Shown here one piece after another: positions 56,339 to 64,000 of a DNA stretch of 64,000 bases. Every line of letters begins with the position of its first letter. The stretch's first letter is position 1. The notes under the pieces were generated by a model. The model had not been told where the DNA came from, did no database searches, and was given only the letters and a program-made list of their open reading frames with translations. The DNA comes from Omnitrophica bacterium GWA2_41_15 (GTDB lineage: Bacteria > Omnitrophota > Gorgyraeia > Gygaellales > Profunditerraquicolaceae): assembly GCA_919901915.1 (NCBI GenBank), contig CAKKQB010000013.1:64192-128191 (forward strand), written 5' to 3'. The translations under genes were made by a program, and so were the position numbers.

Positions 56339-57367
56339 TTAACCGGGATTTAAAGGTTGACAGGATTCCCTGATAATTAATTCTGATGGCAAAATTATTT
56401 TTTCTATTTTCTCATTATTCCCCGGACGCATAAGCAAGTTTATTTTTTTTACGCTTTCCTCGCCCATCTTAATCAGGGGCTGCCGGACTGTAGTTAAAGC
56501 TACCGGGCCATAAAGACCGGATGGATTATCATCAAAACCTACGATAGACAAATCAGCAGGTATCTTTTTGCCCAATTCTCTGGCTACGCTCATTACCTCC
56601 AAAGCCATAGCATCCGAAGAAACAAATACAGCAGAAGGCCCGTCTTGCATCTTAAGCAAATTTTCCGCGGCACTCCTGGCCTGGCCGCGAGAATAATCCG
56701 TTCTAAATATATATTTTTCGTCTAACGTGATATTGTTCTTCTCTAAAATATGCTTATACCCCTCAAAACGCTGAGTTGCCGCTTGCGTAGCCAAATCGCC
56801 CGTAATATGCGCTACTTTTCTATGCCCCAAACTAATTAAATAATTAACTGCTACCTCCGCTCCGCCTGTATTATCAACAGCAATACAATTAACATTTAAG
56901 TCTTCAATGAAATTATTAATTACCACGCAAGGAATATTATTATCCAGCACGTCTAAAAGCTGTTGGCGATTACCGATAATATCAGCAAAAATTATGCCGC
57001 CTAAACCGCTTAAATTTAAAAATGCCTGCCTATTAGTAAGATGTAACAATAAATCTAATTTTAACGCGTCGCAAAGCGTGCCGATACCGCGTATCAACTC
57101 CAGCGCGTAAAATGAATAAAAAATCCCTTCATATTGCGGCATAACCAAAGTTACTACATTGCTTTTTCCTGTGGCAAGCCTTTGCGCGAATATTGATGGT
57201 TTAAATTTAAGCTCCTCAATTACCTCCAATACCTTAGCGCGATTCTTTTCTCCTACTGTGGGAATTTTATTTATCACACGCGAAACTGTAGTAATAGATA
57301 CCCGGGCTTTACGGGCAACATCCTCTATGGAAATAGTCTTGGAAGGAGTTTTTCTAATGCGGCTCAT
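56339..57367 (-). CDS. LacI-family transcriptional regulator
   Basis: 342 aa; N-terminal HTH (ISIEDVARKARVSITTVSRVIN) + periplasmic-binding-fold sugar domain. Confidence 0.85.
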   Translation of the reverse strand: MSRIRKTPSKTISIEDVARKARVSITTVSRVINKIPTVGEKNRAKVLEVIEELKFKPSIFAQRLATGKSNVVTLVMPQYEGIFYSFYALELIRGIGTLCDALKLDLLLHLTNRQAFLNLSGLGGIIFADIIGNRQQLLDVLDNNIPCVVINNFIEDLNVNCIAVDNTGGAEVAVNYLISLGHRKVAHITGDLATQAATQRFEGYKHILEKNNITLDEKYIFRTDYSRGQARSAAENLLKMQDGPSAVFVSSDAMALEVMSVARELGKKIPADLSIVGFDDNPSGLYGPVALTTVRQPLIKMGEESVKKINLLMRPGNNEKIEKIILPSELIIRESCQPLNPG

Positions 57368-57384
57368 TCATTAAATCACAAATA

Positions 57385-57460
57385 TACACGAATTTTTTAA
57401 CACGGATTTTCACGGATCTATCCGTGCCCATCCGTATCTTATTTATTCGTGTATATCAAG
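57385..57460 (-). promoter_or_regulatory. cluster of 6 motifs in both orientations (incl. palindrome CACGGATCTATCCGTG) upstream of LacI-family gene
   Basis: acacgaattttttaacacggattttcacggatctatccgtgcccatccgtatcttatttattcgtgt. Confidence 0.6.
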
Positions 57461-57462
57461 TG

Positions 57463-58326
57463 CTATCTAACAACATCCCCGATCTTAACGGGAAACATTT
57501 CTCTCTTTATATCACAAGCCGCGATATTGCTGCGAGTCTGAATCACTTCAAGAGAAGCGATAAGTTGATCTTCTCTATAAACCCGAAAGATATCACCTAC
57601 CTTGGCGCCCGCGTCAAACCCTAAATTTATAATCACGAAATTACTCTCTTTATTTATTGCTAATACTTTGCCCCTAACGGGCACGACAGGTATTTCCCGC
57701 GCTTCGGGTTCTGCCGATGGACGCACCACAATGGGAGATAGCTCTATGGCTTTTATACCATCCCTTACCTCTTCGGCCTTAGGTATCCGCGGCCCGGGCG
57801 CGCTTTGAATAACATCCGGCTGTTCTTTAAGGTTATCTACCTGCGCTACAGGGCTTGGTATTATCTGCTCTTCTCCTTCAAAACTTTGTTCAACCTTTAT
57901 CTTCTCTTTTTGTGAATCCTGAAATTTTTTCTCCAGATCATTCTTTTGCTCGTTCAACTTACTTAATTGCCGCGTTAGAATCTTATTATCATTTTTTAAT
58001 ACCTCAAATCTCTGCTCTAATAGAGCCTTGGCATTCTTCTCTTCCTCTAATTCACTCGTTATACTATCTATTGCTTTTTGAAGGCCATCCTTTTCCGAAG
58101 AAATCTCATCCATCCCAGCGCTTAAAGAATTAAGCTTTTTTTCATAATCATGCGCGTCGCTTTTAAGCTTATTAATACCATTCTCTAATGTTACCTTTTC
58201 CTCTTTTAAAACTTCTTTATCTCTTATTAATTGCTGCTTAACGCCTTGGGCTTGTATAAAAAGAAGAAAAAAAACTATCGCGAAACCCGCAAGACCTATT
58301 ATAATAAATTTTGTTTTTTGCTCCAT
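57463..58326 (-). CDS. membrane-anchored coiled-coil protein with C-terminal small beta domain (unknown function)
   Basis: 287 aa; N-terminal TM, ~150 aa coiled coil, Pro-rich linker, C-terminal VRGKVLAINKESNFVIINLGFDAGAKVGDIF..VKIGDVV. Confidence 0.5.
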   Translation of the reverse strand: MEQKTKFIIIGLAGFAIVFFLLFIQAQGVKQQLIRDKEVLKEEKVTLENGINKLKSDAHDYEKKLNSLSAGMDEISSEKDGLQKAIDSITSELEEEKNAKALLEQRFEVLKNDNKILTRQLSKLNEQKNDLEKKFQDSQKEKIKVEQSFEGEEQIIPSPVAQVDNLKEQPDVIQSAPGPRIPKAEEVRDGIKAIELSPIVVRPSAEPEAREIPVVPVRGKVLAINKESNFVIINLGFDAGAKVGDIFRVYREDQLIASLEVIQTRSNIAACDIKREMFPVKIGDVVR

Positions 58327-58364
58327 CAGTTCTCCTCAGAAAAGAAAACTTATACTTACTCTAA

Positions 58365-59591
58365 TCAAACAAATGTTTTCTGCATAACAAGGCTTGCCGC
58401 GCCTAATGCTACCGCGTTTTCTCTTAGCTGGGAATAAACTATCCTTAAATCATCGGTTGCCTCCCTAAAAGCCCAAGACTTAACCGTAAAATTAACCTTA
58501 CTTAAAAAATCATCTCCTGCTTCTTCAAGCCCGCCTCCGATAACAACAGTCTGGGGATTAAGCAAATTCACAAGATGCGCGATTTTTATACCTAACCTTC
58601 TGGCTGCCACTTCTAAAACTGAAAGCGCGATTTCATCCCTTGAGCGCACAGCTATAAATACACTTTTTAAATCCACATTATCTATATTACTTGAGGTAAG
58701 CTTAAAAAACTTTTCCGCCTTCTCCTTATCCTTAGCCAGCATTAACTTCACATCGCTGACAATACCCATATCCATTTCCCAATGCTTTATAAAACAACTG
58801 TTGCCGAGAGAACAATTAAAATCATCCTGCTCCTTATAATTAGAAATTGAAACTTCTCCGGCGTAACCTTGAGACCCGCGGTAACAATCGCCATTAATCA
58901 TAATTCCGCACCCCACACCTGAGAACATAAATATAGCATTACTAATATCACGGTTTAGAACAAACCATTTCTCGCCGAAACAAGCGGCGGTCGCGTCATT
59001 TTCAATTAATACTGGTAAATTAAATTCTTTTCCTAATAGATCGCCTAAAGGAAAATCTGCCGAAGCATACGTATAACAATGATCCATCTTTTGAGGCCAG
59101 TGTATGGAACCATTTTTTTTGTTAATCAAACCGGCAATACCTACACCAATGCCTCTTATTTTAGGAGTATACTCCTTTGAGCGCCTGAAAATCTCCCGAA
59201 CAATCTCAAGCAGGCATTCAGCAATATCTTTAACAGAAGGCCTTGGACGGACAATCTGTGTTTTGGTAATGATGTTGCCTTTTAAATCTATCAAAAGGCC
59301 AACCATGTTCATAAGATTTAATCCTACCCCGATAACATAACCGGCTTGAGAATTTAAATCCAAAAGAACAGGCCTTCTTCCGCCTTCCGAAGTATCTAAT
59401 TCTTTCTCGTAAATTAAATCCTGTTTTATAAACTCATCGATATAACTAGAGATAGTTACTACATTTACGCCCATCTCTTTAGATATATCCGGACGGCTTA
59501 TAGGCCCATGCCTTCTTAATATTTCCAATATATCAATATTGCGTTTCTCTTTTTCTGATAAAATTTCTTTTTGAAGGTTTAATGAAGACAT
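58365..59591 (-). CDS. ROK-family transcriptional regulator (HTH + sugar-kinase-like domain)
   Basis: 408 aa; N-terminal wHTH, ROK signature with Cys/His zinc motif. Confidence 0.85.
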   Translation of the reverse strand: MSSLNLQKEILSEKEKRNIDILEILRRHGPISRPDISKEMGVNVVTISSYIDEFIKQDLIYEKELDTSEGGRRPVLLDLNSQAGYVIGVGLNLMNMVGLLIDLKGNIITKTQIVRPRPSVKDIAECLLEIVREIFRRSKEYTPKIRGIGVGIAGLINKKNGSIHWPQKMDHCYTYASADFPLGDLLGKEFNLPVLIENDATAACFGEKWFVLNRDISNAIFMFSGVGCGIMINGDCYRGSQGYAGEVSISNYKEQDDFNCSLGNSCFIKHWEMDMGIVSDVKLMLAKDKEKAEKFFKLTSSNIDNVDLKSVFIAVRSRDEIALSVLEVAARRLGIKIAHLVNLLNPQTVVIGGGLEEAGDDFLSKVNFTVKSWAFREATDDLRIVYSQLRENAVALGAASLVMQKTFV

Positions 59592-59737
59592 CTAGCGCAC
59601 CATAAGTATAATTTTTATAAAATTTTCGTACCCGCCATTAACTATTTATACTACTAAAAATAGGGCAAGTCAAGAAAAATCGTAGAGATTATTTCGTGTT
59701 TAAGGTAATAAACGTAGATTAAATATAAAAGATATTT

Positions 59738-59767
59738 GTAGGGGCGGTTCGCGAACCGCCCAAATAA
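59738..59767 (-). terminator. near-identical palindrome GGGGCGGTTCGCGAACCGCCC downstream of GH gene
   Basis: minus strand followed by AAATATCTTTTATATTT. Confidence 0.5.
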
Positions 59768-59775
59768 TAGAATTA

Positions 59776-61116
59776 TTAATGAAATTTTTTCTTGGCTTTT
59801 TTTGAGATACACAAGGCGGGATTTTTCCAAAACTCTTTGAGCGTATAATAAGCTTTGCGGGGAGAGCGTTTATTCAACCTTTGTCCTGCCGGGTCTTTAC
59901 TGCCTAATAAGGCATCCTCAGGCTCTTGCGACAATGCCACAATACCAAACCACTCTTCATTCATATTTTTATTGCCTTCTACCTTTATATCAAAATAATA
60001 GTTTCCGTTAGACCAATTCGAACCAGTATCATGCTCGAGCCACGTATCAGAGGCATGCTCATCATACTTCCACCATTCATCTGACCACTCAAAAATAACG
60101 CCGCCTAAACAATTGCCCGCGCCTTTCTTATTACCCGCCAGATTCCCATAAATCTGACACCATTGAGATTCCAGGAAAAATGCCTGCATATCCTGATCTT
60201 CCTTTTTTAAATAGGCATCATAACAATCAGCACCAATTTCTACCAAAAGAATTGGCTTGTCAAAAGTTAATTTTAAAGATTTAAAAAGGTTTCCAAAGGT
60301 CTTACCTCTATAGATAATGCAAGCAATCAAATCTACGTCAGGACAATATTCCTTCGCGTATTCCAACCCTGTCAACTCGCCATTCCCCAATGCCACAGGA
60401 TGTTGAGGGTCGAGTTCATGGACAGCTTTCGTCAAATCATTTACATAAGAATAATAAATCCTGGAACGTATGGCTCCTTGTTTCTGGGGATCTGGTTCTT
60501 TTTCTGCTTCTTCGCAGGCCCAAGGATTAACACGGCCTAAACAAGAATAGTTATTTTCATTGCCCATAATCCACATAAGCAATCCGGGCTCGTCCTTATA
60601 TAAGCTGACCATATCCAGGACATCTTTCTTTATTCTTTCCTGAAAACCCTTATCTCCATAGAATGGGCCGGGATACTCCCAAAAAGATAACCAATGGCCT
60701 AAAATTGTGCGTATTCCGTAAAGCTGATAAAGCTCGCTAATTACTTTTTTTACCGCTTCTGGATTATCTCCCGGCTGATAAATTCTTATGGTATTAACCC
60801 CCATCTCATGCATCAGTTTTCCGTCTACAATCCAAGGTTTATTGGGGTCAGACCACCAGTCATATTCGTGATTCTTACCAATAGGAACAGGATTATAACA
60901 AACCCCTTTTACGATGTAAGGTTTTTTATCTACTATCAACTGGTAGTAATTATTTTTAAGTTTTTTAATATAAACTCCGGGCTTTGGCTTTGAGGCCATA
61001 CCCATTAAAAACAGAACACAGAGCACAGAAAACAGAGAACAGAATATTTTTCTCTGTGCTCTGCGCTCTGTTCTCTGTGCTCTATTTTCCGTTCTCTTAT
61101 TCATACTTAATTTCAT
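59776..61116 (-). CDS. putative clan GH-A (TIM-barrel) glycoside hydrolase; N-terminus encoded by heptamer repeat
   Basis: 446 aa; MGVNTIRIY, IMGNENNY (acid/base), GGVIFEWSDEWWK (nucleophile region); paralog of 62381-63961; start uncertain (alternative Met at MGMASKP). Confidence 0.65.
   Translation of the reverse strand: MKLSMNKRTENRAQRTERRAQRKIFCSLFSVLCVLFLMGMASKPKPGVYIKKLKNNYYQLIVDKKPYIVKGVCYNPVPIGKNHEYDWWSDPNKPWIVDGKLMHEMGVNTIRIYQPGDNPEAVKKVISELYQLYGIRTILGHWLSFWEYPGPFYGDKGFQERIKKDVLDMVSLYKDEPGLLMWIMGNENNYSCLGRVNPWACEEAEKEPDPQKQGAIRSRIYYSYVNDLTKAVHELDPQHPVALGNGELTGLEYAKEYCPDVDLIACIIYRGKTFGNLFKSLKLTFDKPILLVEIGADCYDAYLKKEDQDMQAFFLESQWCQIYGNLAGNKKGAGNCLGGVIFEWSDEWWKYDEHASDTWLEHDTGSNWSNGNYYFDIKVEGNKNMNEEWFGIVALSQEPEDALLGSKDPAGQRLNKRSPRKAYYTLKEFWKNPALCISKKAKKKFH
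61001..61074. repeat. family G heptamer palindrome forming 5' end of GH gene
   Basis: aacagaacacagagcacagaaaacagagaacagaa / tctgtgctctgcgctctgttctctgtgctct. Confidence 0.8.
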
Positions 61117-62290
61117 CTAAATAAAATGTTACTCCTTGCGGATTATTGTCAAGATTAGCCGCCCAGCAGAAACCACCGATAATATAGGACATATCCTTGC
61201 CCTTTAAATCAATAGAATACTGTGTCCATTCTTTGTTCAGGATAACCGGGCCAATATTAGCTGAATCAGAATCAGAATATTCCCCCATTATTCCGCCAAC
61301 CTTAAATTCCTCGATACGCTCTCCTCCATTTTCTCCGTGCGCCCAAAAGGATAATTTAACAGCCTTGGACAGATCATAACCCGCGTCTATTGTTCCCCAG
61401 TTATTAGCCGGCTCCTGCCAAAACATCCCCGCCCAACGACTGCCTTGAGAAGCCTTATTACCATAAATAATTTTAATACAAGTATCTCCTAAATAAGGGT
61501 TCTCCTTCGACGTTCCATTAAATTTCAAATCACTGTAATCACCCATCCAACCCGAAGAAATAAAGTGGTTTATGGAAGACCTATCAGCATAAACATAGAA
61601 AGGCATCTCCTTTTGTTTTTTGCCTTCCGGTTTCATAGCTGAATCAACCTCAAACTTTATATCGTCAATAAAAAATTTGGCTCCTTCGAGATTCAAATCA
61701 GCGGTAGTAATCCACGAGAAACCACCGCTTACACAAGATAAGTCTTTCCCCGCAAGATTAATTGTATATTGCTTCCATACATCAGTAAGTTCGATCGGCC
61801 CCATTTGCGCGTCTACTGAATCTGGATATGTATTTTTTGGCTCAATACCAATTCCGCCGACCTTTACCTTCTCTATCACTTCCCCGCCTTTAGCGCCTCT
61901 TGCCCAAAAAGTTAACTTAGTCATCCCGGTTAAATCATACCCGCCTTTTTTGCTTCCCCAATTATTAGCCGGATTCTGCCAATAAACACCTACCCATTCC
62001 TTGCCTTGCGATCTCTTGGCGGTATATTCAAATTCAATGCAAGTACTTCCTGAATGAGGGTCTTCCGTAGACTGATCATTCATCTTAACATCGCCATAAT
62101 CACCCATCCATCCGGAAGGGGCATAATGATTTTCACGGCTATTTCTATCCGCGTAAACCACGAATTCCTTAGTGCCCGCGACACTCTCAACAACTTGAGT
62201 TGTTTCTCCGGTTTCCCCTGCTTCCTGCGCCATTACGCAAAAAGGCAACGCCAAAATCGCTGCTACTAACACCACTAACAACTTCTTCAT
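61097..62290 (-). CDS. secreted protein with two tandem ~170-aa carbohydrate-binding-module-like repeats
   Basis: 397 aa; signal peptide; internal duplication YADR.S..NHY.PSGWMGDY...W.G..WQ.PANNWG..GYDL..L.FWA.G..GGE.IE..KVGGI. Confidence 0.55.
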   Translation of the reverse strand: MKKLLVVLVAAILALPFCVMAQEAGETGETTQVVESVAGTKEFVVYADRNSRENHYAPSGWMGDYGDVKMNDQSTEDPHSGSTCIEFEYTAKRSQGKEWVGVYWQNPANNWGSKKGGYDLTGMTKLTFWARGAKGGEVIEKVKVGGIGIEPKNTYPDSVDAQMGPIELTDVWKQYTINLAGKDLSCVSGGFSWITTADLNLEGAKFFIDDIKFEVDSAMKPEGKKQKEMPFYVYADRSSINHFISSGWMGDYSDLKFNGTSKENPYLGDTCIKIIYGNKASQGSRWAGMFWQEPANNWGTIDAGYDLSKAVKLSFWAHGENGGERIEEFKVGGIMGEYSDSDSANIGPVILNKEWTQYSIDLKGKDMSYIIGGFCWAANLDNNPQGVTFYLDEIKYE

Positions 62291-62308
62291 TTTACCCCTC
62301 CCATTTTT

Positions 62309-62378
62309 CGTATTACGTGATGCGTGACGCGTATCGCGTTAAAATTTTCGCAATACGCACAACGCACGACGCAATACG
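62309..62378. repeat. family H heptamer palindrome (CGTGACG/CGTATCG units) between CBM and GH genes
   Basis: cgtatta cgtgatg cgtgacg cgtatcg ... gcaatac gcacaac gcacgac gcaatac. Confidence 0.75.
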
Positions 62379-62380
62379 AA

Positions 62381-63961
62381 TTACCTCCACATCTTCTTAT
62401 ACTGATAATACGACTTCCTCAACTGCCTTAAAAAAGGGCTTACCTTCCCATCCCCTTGGCCGCAAATACCTAGCCACTCCTCATGCATAAAACCATCGGG
62501 AAACGGCCCGGTCCATAAACCCTTTGTATCATGCATTGAAGGCTCGTACGCTTTCCACCATTCATCTAACCACTCAAAAACAACCCCGCCTATGGAATTA
62601 CCATCTCCCGCGCAAAATGCCGAATTCTTAAGTATGTCATCCCATGTAGCGCTGTGATATTGAGCCTGCAAATTCTCGGCTTCATCAGAAGTTTTTCCTT
62701 CAGCATAAGCAGGACAGCCATACTCTGTAATAAACACCGGCTTATCCGCCTCTTCTTTTACCTGACGCCAAATTTGGCCAAAACCGTAATTGCCTCGATA
62801 AGCATTAGTGCCAAAAATATCTATATCCGGGGCATCTTTGCCAAACTTATCTAAAAACAAAACGTCACCGCTGCATATAGCTACCGGGTGTTCAGGGTCA
62901 ATGGATTTAATACGTATAGCTACCTCATTAGCAAATTTAAAAAAAGCATCCGGCTCCTTATCCGCGTTGCAAGCATAACCATAAACATTTTCATTACCCA
63001 AAAGCCAGAAAAGCACAAATGGCTCATCTTTAAATTCCATAACCATATCCGTTACGGATTTCATCATATTTTTCTTATGTTCCTGATTATTATAATCTGT
63101 TCCGGGATTCCAGGACGCGCCTGAACCAATGGCATACTTACCTAAAAAGTCCCCCATAATCACCCTAATACCGTATTTATCATAAAGTTCACGCAGAAGT
63201 TCCTTATCTATTTTTTGCGGATGATGATACAGCCTTATAGTATTTACACCCATCTCCTTCATTAACTTAAAATCTCCCACTGCCGGCTCATTCTTATCCC
63301 AAAGATTATTTTTATTTTTATCCACAAAACTATCATATGGGCCGTCAGGCTTGCCATTACCATTAAAATCCTCATTCATCCAATTTCCCATCGTACCTTC
63401 ATCCGGAGATTGACCAACTTTCGTAGGCGCGTAAGTTACACCACGGATTTGGTAAGGTTTTTTATCCACGAATAGTTCCCAGTCACCGGTTTCATATTGG
63501 ATAAGATTGACCTTACCACTGCCTAACCTCTTTTTTATACTTAACAGGCTTTTATCCGGCTTAAACCTTAATTTTTCTAAAATATTTATCTTAACAAATT
63601 TTCCCGGATTAGCAATTACCACATCGTTAGAAACATCGTTATCGAAACCATTTTCTATCCTTACGTAAGCGTCGGCAAGCTTGTAACCTAACTGGGGATT
63701 CTGCCGCAAGAGAAAATTTATCTTAGAAATAGCGGCTTGCGCCAAATACCATGGCGTATGCCAATAAGTCCAGCCGTAACTTCCCGGAAAATGCACTAAA
63801 ATAGCGTAGTAACATTTTATCGCTTGTTTTACCAACCCGGACTTTTCCAACATCAACGCGGTATAAAATAATTTTACGCCTGTCGGCTCAGGCGCGGTTT
63901 GCCATTTTAAAAATGCCGCTTCTAAATCCGGCGAATGCATAAAATCCCAATGCGAACCCAA
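62381..63961 (-). CDS. putative clan GH-A glycoside hydrolase (paralog), 5' end may extend beyond window
   Basis: 526 aa; MGVNTIRLY, LLGNENVYG, GGVVFEWLDEWWK; ORF-track start is TTG at 63959-63961 with open frame upstream to 64000. Confidence 0.65.
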   Translation of the reverse strand: MGSHWDFMHSPDLEAAFLKWQTAPEPTGVKLFYTALMLEKSGLVKQAIKCYYAILVHFPGSYGWTYWHTPWYLAQAAISKINFLLRQNPQLGYKLADAYVRIENGFDNDVSNDVVIANPGKFVKINILEKLRFKPDKSLLSIKKRLGSGKVNLIQYETGDWELFVDKKPYQIRGVTYAPTKVGQSPDEGTMGNWMNEDFNGNGKPDGPYDSFVDKNKNNLWDKNEPAVGDFKLMKEMGVNTIRLYHHPQKIDKELLRELYDKYGIRVIMGDFLGKYAIGSGASWNPGTDYNNQEHKKNMMKSVTDMVMEFKDEPFVLFWLLGNENVYGYACNADKEPDAFFKFANEVAIRIKSIDPEHPVAICSGDVLFLDKFGKDAPDIDIFGTNAYRGNYGFGQIWRQVKEEADKPVFITEYGCPAYAEGKTSDEAENLQAQYHSATWDDILKNSAFCAGDGNSIGGVVFEWLDEWWKAYEPSMHDTKGLWTGPFPDGFMHEEWLGICGQGDGKVSPFLRQLRKSYYQYKKMWR

Positions 63962-64000
63962 AAGCCTTTTTTGCTCCTTTGCCTTCTTAAATTCGGGGTC

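Overview
64-kb low-GC window, probably from an uncultivated anaerobe (NfnAB, class II RNR, archaeal-type ApgM, GSIII, split carB). All ~51 genes lie on the minus strand. The contents, in order: (1) 1-17.3 kb: type IV pilus locus with pilB, a PAS histidine kinase ending in a PilZ domain plus a CheY-like receiver, tRNA(CAT), pilP-like, pilO, a pilM-pilN fusion, three minor pilins, a TMTC/PMT-like GT-C glycosyltransferase with TPRs, a MazEF-like TA pair, a tandemly duplicated major pilin, a small pseudopilin and pilC. (2) 17.3-21.5 kb: carB (N-terminal half only), carA, purF. (3) 21.9-22.5 kb: DUF433/DUF5615-type TA pair. (4) 23.2-29.1 kb: marR-tolC-mfp-RND efflux operon plus a frameshifted PII-like gene. 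(5) 29.5-49 kb: nitrogen-assimilation supercluster (GOGAT-family FMN protein, pyrG, gltD, gltB, glnN, amt, nfnBA, GAF-ANTAR regulator, aminotransferase, lrp, nadE). (6) 49.1-56.1 kb: queG-like, mnmG, apgM, nrdJ. (7) 56.3-64 kb: LacI and ROK regulators and a GH-CBM-GH glycan cluster. The window is saturated with small palindromic repeat families. These include inverted arrays of tandem heptamers (resembling cyanobacterial STRRs), TIR-bounded MITEs with swappable hairpin cargo, and several hairpin families. Many copies sit in frame inside coding genes: gltB, nfnA, the nadE 3' end, the GH 5' end, the mnmG 3' end, pilM and gene A. Two regulatory signals stand out. A helically phased (10-11 bp) ACACGGATA direct-repeat motif is clustered at six pilus and regulator promoters. 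The amt leader has a promoter, a palindromic operator and an intrinsic terminator. The second pilin copy carries a G9 homopolymer at its start. No CRISPR, rRNA or intact transposase was seen.
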